From the IMG/VR virus record IMGVR_UViG_3300029448_000008: a stretch of 64,000 bases of DNA. The stretch is one strand, 5' to 3'. The notes under the pieces are model-generated. The model worked only from the letters and a program-made list of their open reading frames with translations, was not told the DNA's origin and made no database searches. The stretch is from an uncultured virus (IMG/VR IMGVR_UViG_3300029448_000008) (taxonomy: Duplodnaviria > Heunggongvirae > Uroviricota > Caudoviricetes). The position numbers and the translations under genes were made by a program. Each line of letters opens with the position of its first letter. Position 1 is the stretch's first letter. Positions 48,501 to 54,664 of the stretch are shown here, piece after piece.

Positions 48501-51119
48501 TACTATTTCTTCTGACCCTTCTTCAATACCAGAACTTAATCCTCTGCCTACTCTGCCTACTAATTTAGATCCACTTTGTGCTCCTAATCTTTCTAATCCT
48601 TCAAATACCTTTTTTAATATAGGACCAGTTGCTTTATCTAGAAAACCTTTACTATTAACTTTCATACCTGTTTGTTTAGCAACTCCGAATATAGCATTAT
48701 ATATTACAGATTGACCTCTAACTCCCATAGCTCTATTAGCTAATGCGTTTGATCCAACACCATACTCTACAAGAGAATTTACAAATCCTACTACTAATCC
48801 CATGGTAGCGGCAGCATCATCATCTAATCCATCTAGTTTAGCTTTTTTATATATTTCACCTGCATTTATAGGAGTACCTCCTGCAATGTGACCCATAAAA
48901 CTAGCTAATTTTCTAGGAAATTTCTTACCTAATTTTTTAGCTAAGAACAATCCTCCTTTTGTTGTAATTTTAGCAGCAGCTCCACCCATTCCCCAAAACG
49001 ATAGTAAAGATGCAATACCACTACCTAATCCTCCCATTAAAGCTGTACCATTTTCAAACATATTATCTGTTCGTTCCATAGCAGACTTAGCATAATCATG
49101 GAATTCAGAACTTGCTCTTGCACTTGCAGCTACTCTATCAGTCCATCCATTAGGATTACTATCCCAATCTCCAGTACCAGCAAATTTATTATAACTAGCT
49201 TCTCCTAAATCTGTTACCAACTCCGCAAAGTTTACCAGATCAGGACCTAAGCTTCCTAAAGTATGACTAAAATTATCTACAAAAGCTCCTGTAGCTGTTT
49301 TAGCCATAGGTGCTGGACCGTAAGGATTTAATAGTGCTCCTCTTACTCTTCTAAAACTTTCTTCGTCTAAACTTGTTTCTTGTAATACGTATTGTTCTGT
49401 ATCCTCATCCCATACTGGATAATATCCTTTAGATTCATATCCTTGAAACATTTTATCTACTAGTTGAAAAGGAACCATGCTTCTACCTTCAAAAGCATCT
49501 CTTTGTATTACTTCTTCATCTGTAGCATCATCACTCATCCCATACATCTCTCTAAAATTTTCATTATTTGCTTTGGCTTTTCCTTCTTTATCTGTAAATA
49601 AACTTTTAAATATAGGAGCATAATCGTAAGTACGTTTATATAATTTACCTTGTGAATCATCTCCCCACATTCTATCCCACCATGTAGCATTATCAAATTC
49701 AGCTCCTTCTCCATCTCGCATATTAACTAACTCTCCCTGTTCATTTCTAACAATACCTTTTCTTCCTAAATCAAATGCCATCTCTTGAGCTATACTCATA
49801 GATTTAGTTTCTCCTACTGTGCTCATACTAGAAGCACTGGGAAGTTGACCGAAGTTAAAATTTTCAGGGGAAAAGTCTTTAGGAATGTTGTATTCATCTG
49901 GTTCTATACCAGAAAAATCACCAGTACCTTGTAAAAAAGATATGTTTTGTTTAATGTTAGGACTTAGTTTTTCTGCTGCTTGATTAAAAGCTTCCATATC
50001 AAAAGGACCTCCTACAGGACTCATACCTGGAGGTGGGCTTTCTACAAGAGATAAATCTACAGGTTGTTTATCTTTATCTTTAGGAGCTGGTCCACCTGCT
50101 TGCATCTTTTTAACTTGTCCTCCTGTAGCTGCCATACCAATGTTTGTATCTATAGCACCAGTGTCTGATATTGTATTTAACATATTTATAATCCCATCTT
50201 TTGTAAAGTAAGCTTCTAAATCTGTTTTTGTATTTGAAGGTAACTTATCATATATAGCTTCATCTACTTTATCGAATCCCGGGTTATAAATACCTTTATT
50301 TACCCCTTGGAATCTTAATTCCATTAATCTTGCTCTTACTTCTGTTGGTTTAGTAAAATAGTTCATAGCTCCTTCTTCAGGAGTATCTCCATAGTCTTTC
50401 CAAAATTCTATTGGAACATGACCTGGTTGTTGATCTCGAACACCTTCACTATTTTCTTGAGTAGATATTAATGATTCTCGCATTAAGCCTATATCTGAAT
50501 CTGGAATTAAACGTTGCTCTGAATTTAAGTTTGCAAAATTTGAGCCTAGACCATGCAAACCAGCATTAAGGTATCTATTTTTATAGTTTCGTTTTAAAGG
50601 TCTATCTATACTGTGGCTAATTTCATGAGGATATAAGCTATTTTTCATCCAACTTAGTGGTAAATATTCTTGTCCTTCATCATCATAGCTTTTTGCTTGG
50701 TAAATTTGTCCTGTATCATTCATAGAGTATCCACCAGTTCCAGGTCGTTCTTCAGGCTCATAAAATTTAACACTTGAAGGCATAGTGTTAAGATTCTGAA
50801 GTCTAGCATTTTGAAATGCAGTAATTTGTTCATCAGAAAAATTATTCATGCCCTTTAAACTATTATAAAGCATTTGTTTATACATAGGAGAACTCATCCA
50901 ATCTCCTTGTTGTCGAGCAGAAAGTCTAAACTTATTCTGAGCCATGGAAGGTGCTGGAGGAGTGTTTCCTGTTAATTTATCCCACAAAGTAGGTGGTTGA
51001 TAAGGTTGATTAATACTAAAAGAAGGATCAGCAACATAAGAAGGAATTATGTTATTTAAGGTAGAAGGGACTTTTGGAGATGGTCCACCTCCTTGTAGTT
51101 TTTTCTTTTTTTTCTTCAT
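36534..51119 (-). CDS. Giant virion-associated RNA polymerase polyprotein (crAss-type) with zincin-like domains
   Basis: 4861 aa; catalytic-loop motif GVRIPVQAHHSM...AGSDYDLDKLY (DxDxD, ~42650); DFNKRLAGFNAAG; N-terminal HEISH...PTEVRARL zincin; degenerate EEALH. Confidence 0.88.
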   Translation of the reverse strand: MKKKKKKLQGGGPSPKVPSTLNNIIPSYVADPSFSINQPYQPPTLWDKLTGNTPPAPSMAQNKFRLSARQQGDWMSSPMYKQMLYNSLKGMNNFSDEQITAFQNARLQNLNTMPSSVKFYEPEERPGTGGYSMNDTGQIYQAKSYDDEGQEYLPLSWMKNSLYPHEISHSIDRPLKRNYKNRYLNAGLHGLGSNFANLNSEQRLIPDSDIGLMRESLISTQENSEGVRDQQPGHVPIEFWKDYGDTPEEGAMNYFTKPTEVRARLMELRFQGVNKGIYNPGFDKVDEAIYDKLPSNTKTDLEAYFTKDGIINMLNTISDTGAIDTNIGMAATGGQVKKMQAGGPAPKDKDKQPVDLSLVESPPPGMSPVGGPFDMEAFNQAAEKLSPNIKQNISFLQGTGDFSGIEPDEYNIPKDFSPENFNFGQLPSASSMSTVGETKSMSIAQEMAFDLGRKGIVRNEQGELVNMRDGEGAEFDNATWWDRMWGDDSQGKLYKRTYDYAPIFKSLFTDKEGKAKANNENFREMYGMSDDATDEEVIQRDAFEGRSMVPFQLVDKMFQGYESKGYYPVWDEDTEQYVLQETSLDEESFRRVRGALLNPYGPAPMAKTATGAFVDNFSHTLGSLGPDLVNFAELVTDLGEASYNKFAGTGDWDSNPNGWTDRVAASARASSEFHDYAKSAMERTDNMFENGTALMGGLGSGIASLLSFWGMGGAAAKITTKGGLFLAKKLGKKFPRKLASFMGHIAGGTPINAGEIYKKAKLDGLDDDAAATMGLVVGFVNSLVEYGVGSNALANRAMGVRGQSVIYNAIFGVAKQTGMKVNSKGFLDKATGPILKKVFEGLERLGAQSGSKLVGRVGRGLSSGIEEGSEEIVQGSIVQATERTYNNYFAPEDAQFGKGKFRVGAFDTGQLLQEGGLGFILGAGARTIMDSAYEPDLMTLIAEGRYTDVTQMIDHLYGEKTLSLYQRNKLKKKVDGLNELWKQNEIAYSYLSPKGQYVVGQSLLHDVNYKDRLNRLNKRRADIESNDKLTDVEKQKRLDKIKAEELGITNLKSINDTMLEYFADPNLAKQYNLENIPNTIVQGLKQLALQKTRSEYQKQKIEELFNSLQPGKKRKFNQLLKSLGKDPRFKDIVESLKVTGAAQAGKEQEAYDALIQTLDENIKQHDDKINEILTSPDTWAEYDQAISESMKTDEEQQEEQEAPKSEKTKEDENTPKETFSEKRKRKQKEAQVKAQQQADRQAKAVEDVIGGTVDSVPPTHIVHGNNETSEIERIEIGPDGKKQYVLKNKDKDGKNIVIKEKDVKGEYLAPTIDNNKHMDNFLTTYWLHVVSEAGSMGTMTKEELADRILTDPDLIKNIQIEFVSVPRELGNNPIQQGDMQINMNGSFLQIRDMRSGNLLGVIRSSNRFYDKEGNLIPGDKMTKEFFYKNFKKTGQPFTDQSWAEFQNNYKILNDALTKLETLYPSASLENPQILDDSLFSFKFQGGLANNNQESRISIDNITSPHTFDGDYIIYDKHLGKVILGTNPSEEHMSMLPGNEFKGRYFALVKRGNVVNWVRIFPKKVDEKAANKRLQTLKKDIARLNQLVKTGVELDYNQELDAINKKLNMFIAIDGIDIKVGADFDKKTNSYKLSIYGQRKVKDQYQKINGLNNIRLANNASLKTIIDTINGALANIQGGSQITNGSFKESIPNDGSEINPADFESSLLPGASFVNPTMSIEVSNDIYTLQEPTFTEEVIEEEISLEDKESYTAEELEQQLRKELGDEMANLDVKNLNNGVRLDLESQLFAQLKDGDVFTEDVTDALNQILDKYIEGITIKSFVDPNKTYTKEEYKQVVEQAKFALRQKVILQSPEFDRSSLFDKVKAQYKYVEEEADILSANWDMDFTELGGIDSLPSRIKQFISNLTTPTTDIFGRTTWQSEKYGTTQILKTLDGHTIAGKLMMMLSNQTNEGNIMARLDAVAAYDPQIAQVRLALKNNPSFIPGFVNAFNRFELGYVKMLVEDNKANIVDPVSQDAPKLILNKWYSNSAGIDTKTKNAAIRLINTILEKEGTPYSNTELLVKAFDKLGWQITPAAAAYMLGDQALRDAYPELMYNELGNFKGFLGKLSNYNKKPNSLKQNHPLYKMAKIAAIFDPSTYEANYRDAEGKSRYRYVPRNLYMEVARLAKEGKLNDRFTLLPNNLLKDNVSGIEIKMAGDFVQGQDTATNKTISDKQRLMLMFGLFLNEDIQGHAYYTPHVIESKKSLYAIRLPKKRYYDGGVTQLAIDDMYNSLFVREFERNLTDEGKLDGGQYFGILSMLENMEITGINGEKQTVPEFLKGRETLDGIESFIKDNIIKPALQITIADLNNRITQLKLRDDIDKLVLDGPSVGDYNSKVGNMALNYLIMGGNYTQLALGDSNFKNDVDFNKRLAGFNAAGLKKGTINYKYLMIDDNVIDTDFGVQSVTNDAQVIITDKMYAVRELESNNYTSDKQKQILEKLKKSLDDPSIRLTPSEMNRLDLNSTKTVYEDGNRYFKKSDFILTQSLAEEQDRAGNPQLLNIYNALNNNKVMYLIAQSASKRKSDPGVSSDFFNTTQDINEDLIFEGSMQYERDQVVNKTKSRYGIETESAVAKQLHDLIGSVVQGDNRQIVDVINQSNADNKAIFNELVNTIVSDPNNRDLAKAIILENNRGRRNDTILDLFENYNYNIPHVRNLVKNAILNLFNRDALTSRAVGGQATLISGTHFVNPQTGQPLRIHRNVNGTIEYAEILASRKMFNLNEFENIKDVPSKLLTAFGVRIPVQAHHSMIPLKVVGFLPDAQGDSIVTPLELPALAGSDYDLDKLYLHRYASIVNEEGLRVVLPAEPTLAQYKQYWGENQYVKLAQQVFGLGPTETMQRLGILNDEGQAAYSHPQALQNNMLDNMFAIFNTPEVQEVMFQPATEGKARDFVEKYGGKETKKSIFTVTGILDYHVQNKIGAGNVGIGANANSAYSIITQFAEQMQIPVNAITIDGKEYNTYTIVKEDDINDKLELEEGTRSKFDSMSSIITLFVDNVKLGLAPQVNLSADMTVAATDLIALGIGQMRTLMIVNQPILKYYTEQQELVTPPEGYKGNYHLATLQQQLKGIKAVELNSKELDKHLKSDLIFTDVLDKLNNNQELSTAETQYLQTQKAALDVVGSILTGPAADNVRELTQVLSTVSGLDQQFATNNRRRGFLMKSLNDNKALRQVHPVYENSKNVLDNLNNIYDKGFLNDVDVQKVFVSVYGNTTKADAARIIQRIQELKKNPKYKNNIALHALLRVADGKLIADSQTKMSPEIEGLLIGNFEDLFEDNKGLADDLLRYLFGTSKLDFVNNSFVKYLPAKTFEKFSKALDQAQETGVIPKTKPAFIEGPVKLEQIEEVTETFAAGEYTPTQIAKELNIKKFTPLINNLEKAGVKVIYDPQAKGSSYMQGKITLNNLSTSLFLEEALHAGLDTLPKEEKTKLRKDVLSWYKQLVENHGNDENAKGIQAIFNRYNKFYKDEEKAAEELITHLVYKDEALVNDLNKLRSPNEQGILQSMWSKFVQLLANVFGIEIQEGSELAELSRLLTPVDRLLSKDYEYASFSQDQMFNLPAGNSSMFSDIVVKTTASNVSKLLTNQEFSQMVFDGEAMPILESIVRMFEGNKDRGMASIQGKTALGSFTNLRKSQQEDLAKELGYKNLEDWKKNGTKQEKDYIKGLRSAGMVLKLKPYMPETTEDLVKMRSVDPDRNVTNNVLILLNKQLQEIQKGNVKNTAFVKNRSARLAKIIADIELAQDVFNSIDDFYDDVKAQHTLLNTFLSKNRSVEEMIDGLTKYRILLEDMSFINELPEAFKSKLKNTKYKESEKMLKKLQESVTLLENMKTTLRKEFIPVLANKLYPMIKKSGVETKKFVDIRLDDVNKQIDKILASDLDDKAKADKIRRLKGSVAKFSKLAEQAPQSETDFANFLLYSSHDMDWLGYMLMAPGTTSDPGLAALVNYTSSLAIEARREAINISNELESTDNLLKEAKKEQGGKVSNNPRELYEDIIELINHRGTGNKDVWTLVTKYDISLFEKALEEAELKIASNSDLMKKLRVEYFANLDRRIKKVKAQLEGYKLQEDQEGVADIISDLETQLQRLETQKKVGPEEKDLLRLQLRKTGWYKKNMKPKTEDEIRTIMRRQNDVRGWARSQMNPAAMYKLGIIGKPEFDMMQSVESAVSGMKNDNPVYFGYQVTQPNDKYINKKWSNLYDKTDKPKNKIGQAHAQFTEIYRDALAKVYKKQTVDMSLPSLRKGFYDRILDKKTFEGIKEEAERLFRVDEDDAFVYGYAAMQNQTRNYAPVYFMEDIDANEVSLDVKGSLMTFSNAALRTEQNNEVLKLAYMLRDTYNQNRIIDPTRPDVIGINKLGRKIASIKQGESYVAKRLEKYIEMVLLGKTKNVTMLPGTNIQIDKIVDNILGYTAITTLGLDFLKGSRNFLTAVWQQGIEAGAARANKGKISLTEFLDGHKAMVSPTNIKALFVDKYQKLGNKSYLGQLLLYFDAIQGEFDDFASGKQTTGNTLLRQTLLNPDNLLINYHIGEVAAQGAAAIALLKKRKVVVNGEEVGLYDAFKVNKKTGKFEFKGTAAEKKTAQEIIRTTTLEIAEMNRRLNGNYKSIDKSVLSQTAAGRMIELFRKFLIPTVMNRWRVDFVNHEKGEPDGGFYRRAISNMWNAWKTSAESDLIKRALDTKKRSMLTPQDKEAVMKTMHEITILAILSTLVSILMGMQDDDDEEISVPAYYLLYLLTTTRAEIMAFAPTPQAAGEFLRILRSPTAMTTSIERTMKLLKQLGAPMEEYQRDSGPWEKGENKLKVRALQWLGISGLQTDPETALRNFLMITER

Positions 51120-51124
51120 AATGT

Positions 51125-53017
51125 CTAATTAGTTTTCCTTGAAGACAGCTCATCTTTAGGTTTAGCAATATTAGCATTTGTACCTCTTAAAATAGTAGGC
51201 ATTAAAGTTCTATCTACCTGATTTAATAAAGCTATAGATTGAGCATCTAACATACCATTAGCATTTACATCAGCTTGTATACCTTGTAGTCTTACCACTA
51301 CCTCTTCATATCCAGGAACTCTACTTATTTGATTTATAGTATTATTTAATCTAATATTAGTCTGAGTTTTATCTATAACTCCCTGTTCTTGTTTATAAGA
51401 ACTCCATCGTATATCGGGATTAACCATAAAGTGAGAAGCCACTTGTGGAGACATATCTCCTAATACAGTACCTTGTCTTTCTTCTCCTGTAGTATCAAAT
51501 ACTTCATACTCCATTTTAGGTAACATTTCTACTACAATAGGACTATCATTTTCATCTTCTGGCATTAAGTAACTAATAGTATAGTTACCTACTTGTATCT
51601 GTCTAGGCTCAAAGCCTGTATAATTTCTACTAAATCTATTTTGACCTGGACCAAACCCTCCTGTTTTACCTTCATGAGGTAGTTGTCCTGCTAACTTTTT
51701 TTGTTGTTCTGAATTCCATTCTAAATTTAATTGATCTTTAAATGCTTTTTGAATAGCGCTTTGGTTATTACCATACACTCCATTCTTATTAAAGTCTACA
51801 ATTACAGGTAGACTATATACATTACCAGTACGTCTAGCATTATAGGTTTGGTTAGAAGGTTTATTAACAAACTTACCTCCAGTAAACATACCTCCTTCAG
51901 CATTAGTTAAATTTATTATATTACCCATTAATCTTTGTTGTGTAGGATTTTCTTGATTAAATGTAGGATCATATTTAGTGTTTTCAGAATAGAATTTAAA
52001 TGGATCATCAGTACTAGAGCTTCCCCCTGAAAACCAAGAGTCTTGTTCTACTCCTCCTATCATACCAGCACCAAAGTCTTCTACAGTAGTTGTATCAACA
52101 GTAGTAGTAGTTGTATTATTATTTGCCAACATACTATTACGTAGTTGTCTATTAAGATTTATATCGTTTTGTTGGTATACAAACTCTTTACCTACATTTT
52201 GCATTTCCTGCATCCATTGTTTATCAAAAGCAGCTTCATTAAAAGGAACTCCCGAATACTGAGATTGCGCTTTTGCATTCTCTAAAGATTGTTGATACTC
52301 TTTAGTTTGCTTTAGTTGCGGTAATGCATTTGCAGTTATTGCATCTATTCTATCTTGAGATACTCCTGTAGTAGTAAATACATCAAGTAGCTTATTATAT
52401 GTTTCTTTCTTGTTTGCTTTTAGATTATTAAAGTAATCTTCTAGTACAGATCTTCTATTTACTTGAGACCCTATATATGATTGGTATTGTTGTGGTGCAC
52501 CATCTGCACCCATTGTAGTAAAGTTAGAATCTGTTAGATAGATAGGGGCTAAACCTTTTATTCTCATCTCATCTAACATCTTTTGATCCTCATCAAACTT
52601 ATTTTTGTTTTGAATAGCTTGAGCTAACCAAGGACTGGCTACTACATCTTTTGCTAAACCTCTTACAAAGTCATCTCCTTTTTCATAAGCTCCCCCCGTA
52701 TTTTCTACGAATTGGTCTACTCTAGATTGTATATCTTTTACCATTCTTAATTTTTCCGGATCATCTCCAGCCATTACTTGTGCATTAGCTAGTGCTGCTT
52801 GATATTTATCTTGCGCATCTCTATTTTCTTTATACTGAAGGTTAAGACCTTCCATTGCTTTTGTAACTGCATCTACAGGGACGTCTGCATACAACTTTCC
52901 TAGTGATGCTAACTTAATATCTCCAAAAGGAGATCTAGGTCTTCTTCGTCCTCTATAGTATGCTCTACCATAGTCTCCGTAGCCGTTCCCGTAACCGTAT
53001 CTATCTTGTTGACTCAT
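51125..53017 (-). CDS. Virion cargo/ejection protein
   Basis: Q/N-rich helical protein immediately upstream of the vRNAP, as in crAss cargo blocks. Confidence 0.55.
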   Translation of the reverse strand: MSQQDRYGYGNGYGDYGRAYYRGRRRPRSPFGDIKLASLGKLYADVPVDAVTKAMEGLNLQYKENRDAQDKYQAALANAQVMAGDDPEKLRMVKDIQSRVDQFVENTGGAYEKGDDFVRGLAKDVVASPWLAQAIQNKNKFDEDQKMLDEMRIKGLAPIYLTDSNFTTMGADGAPQQYQSYIGSQVNRRSVLEDYFNNLKANKKETYNKLLDVFTTTGVSQDRIDAITANALPQLKQTKEYQQSLENAKAQSQYSGVPFNEAAFDKQWMQEMQNVGKEFVYQQNDINLNRQLRNSMLANNNTTTTTVDTTTVEDFGAGMIGGVEQDSWFSGGSSSTDDPFKFYSENTKYDPTFNQENPTQQRLMGNIINLTNAEGGMFTGGKFVNKPSNQTYNARRTGNVYSLPVIVDFNKNGVYGNNQSAIQKAFKDQLNLEWNSEQQKKLAGQLPHEGKTGGFGPGQNRFSRNYTGFEPRQIQVGNYTISYLMPEDENDSPIVVEMLPKMEYEVFDTTGEERQGTVLGDMSPQVASHFMVNPDIRWSSYKQEQGVIDKTQTNIRLNNTINQISRVPGYEEVVVRLQGIQADVNANGMLDAQSIALLNQVDRTLMPTILRGTNANIAKPKDELSSRKTN

Positions 53018-53018
53018 A

Positions 53019-54662
53019 TTAACTGTTTTTTAATCCTAAGAGCTCTCTCATAAATGGATATTTATTTAAGAAACTTTCATCATAAGCTCTATCATAAACT
53101 CCAAATTGATTTAAGTAAGGCATAAGAGCATTCATCCTTGCCATTTGACTCTCTCTATTAGTATTTTGTGTTGTGTAATCCATAACATCTCCTACTACAC
53201 CAGACATAAAATCTCTTCTGGCTCTAGATTGATCATTTACAAAATCTCTTTGATTCATTGCATTATCATATATTCTCTTTCTATTCTCATCTTCAGTTTT
53301 AAAATTCATTGCTGTTTGTGCATTTTGCAATTGCATTTCTTTATTTCTCTGATCTTGGAAAAGTTTACTCCTTACTTTATTAAAAGCAGCATCTTGTCCC
53401 GCTAAATTAGTTCTAACGTTATTAGCTTTAGTACTAGAATCTGTTAATGCTCTTTCTCTCATAAGACTTGCTTCATTTAATGCATTTAAATCTGCACTTA
53501 TATCTACATTAGTATTAAGATATTGGGGTCTATTAAGAGTAAGATCTGGAGGGGGTAACATATTGTTAAGAGTATTATAAGTATTCATATACTCTAATCC
53601 TTTAGCTAATCCAGGTAACGATTTTAATACCGTATCTTTTAAAAAGGATTTACCTCCACCTATATCTTCTCCACCTTTGTCTTCGCCTGTACTAGTATCT
53701 TGGTCCATTAGTCTTGCTGCGGTTTCTTCTAACCCGGCAGTATTTCCTATTATTTCTGGATTTGGAGATGATTGTAAACTTGGAGTTCTTGTCGGAACAG
53801 CTGAATTTTTCATTTCAGTAAACTGTTTTAATGCAGCAAAGGTATCAGTACCAAACTTACCATCTACTCCTGCTTGATTAACAGATTGTGGACCATCAGG
53901 ACCTATAAACTCTAACTCTGTTCCTGATAACATTCTATCAGCTCCAGGTCCAGTAAAAGCTCCTAACATTCCTTCTTGTAGTTTTTTTACATGCTCAGGA
54001 TTTTTAGGATCAAATTTGTCTCCTAATCCAGATATTATTCCTGCTTCTTCCATGTACTCTTTTATTTGTTCCATGGTAACATCATTATATAATCGACCTC
54101 CTCCTTGCATATAACCCATTCTGTTTCTAACAAACTTTGGTAATTCTGGTAATCCTGTATTACTTGCAGGTATTTCTTTTAACGATCCTCCTTTTTCTTT
54201 TTTAGGTAATGATTTTATTTTACCGTTATGCGTTCTTGCATATCTATGCGTAGATGTTTCTTTACTAGGTATAAGAGTACCACTGTATTTTTTACCTCCA
54301 AACATCCAACTTACACTACCTCCTTTACCAAATACACCTCTACCTTTTAATACATCAGCGTAAGTAGTTTTACCATCTCCTGTTAAGTCAGGGAATGTTT
54401 TACCTCCATTTTTAGCCATTCGCATTGTTCTTTGTTCAATGCTTTGATTTGGAGAATCTATTGCAGTTTCTTGTTGATCTGCAATATTTGCATCATTCTG
54501 ATTAGAGACCATAAGTTGATTTAACCTACTAGATACTCTTTGTAACATCATCATAGCACTATTTCTTTCTGCATCTGTTACAGCGTTTTGCAAGTTTTTA
54601 TCATACTTGTTATATTCTTTATTAAGTTTTTCCGCTATTTTTGCGTATGTCATCTTTGCCAT
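53019..54662 (-). CDS. Virion cargo protein with GG-delimited modules
   Basis: Coiled-coil ends; repeated xxGG motifs; GVDGKFGTDT peptidoglycan-binding-like motif. Confidence 0.55.
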   Translation of the reverse strand: MAKMTYAKIAEKLNKEYNKYDKNLQNAVTDAERNSAMMMLQRVSSRLNQLMVSNQNDANIADQQETAIDSPNQSIEQRTMRMAKNGGKTFPDLTGDGKTTYADVLKGRGVFGKGGSVSWMFGGKKYSGTLIPSKETSTHRYARTHNGKIKSLPKKEKGGSLKEIPASNTGLPELPKFVRNRMGYMQGGGRLYNDVTMEQIKEYMEEAGIISGLGDKFDPKNPEHVKKLQEGMLGAFTGPGADRMLSGTELEFIGPDGPQSVNQAGVDGKFGTDTFAALKQFTEMKNSAVPTRTPSLQSSPNPEIIGNTAGLEETAARLMDQDTSTGEDKGGEDIGGGKSFLKDTVLKSLPGLAKGLEYMNTYNTLNNMLPPPDLTLNRPQYLNTNVDISADLNALNEASLMRERALTDSSTKANNVRTNLAGQDAAFNKVRSKLFQDQRNKEMQLQNAQTAMNFKTEDENRKRIYDNAMNQRDFVNDQSRARRDFMSGVVGDVMDYTTQNTNRESQMARMNALMPYLNQFGVYDRAYDESFLNKYPFMRELLGLKNS

Positions 54663-54664
54663 AA

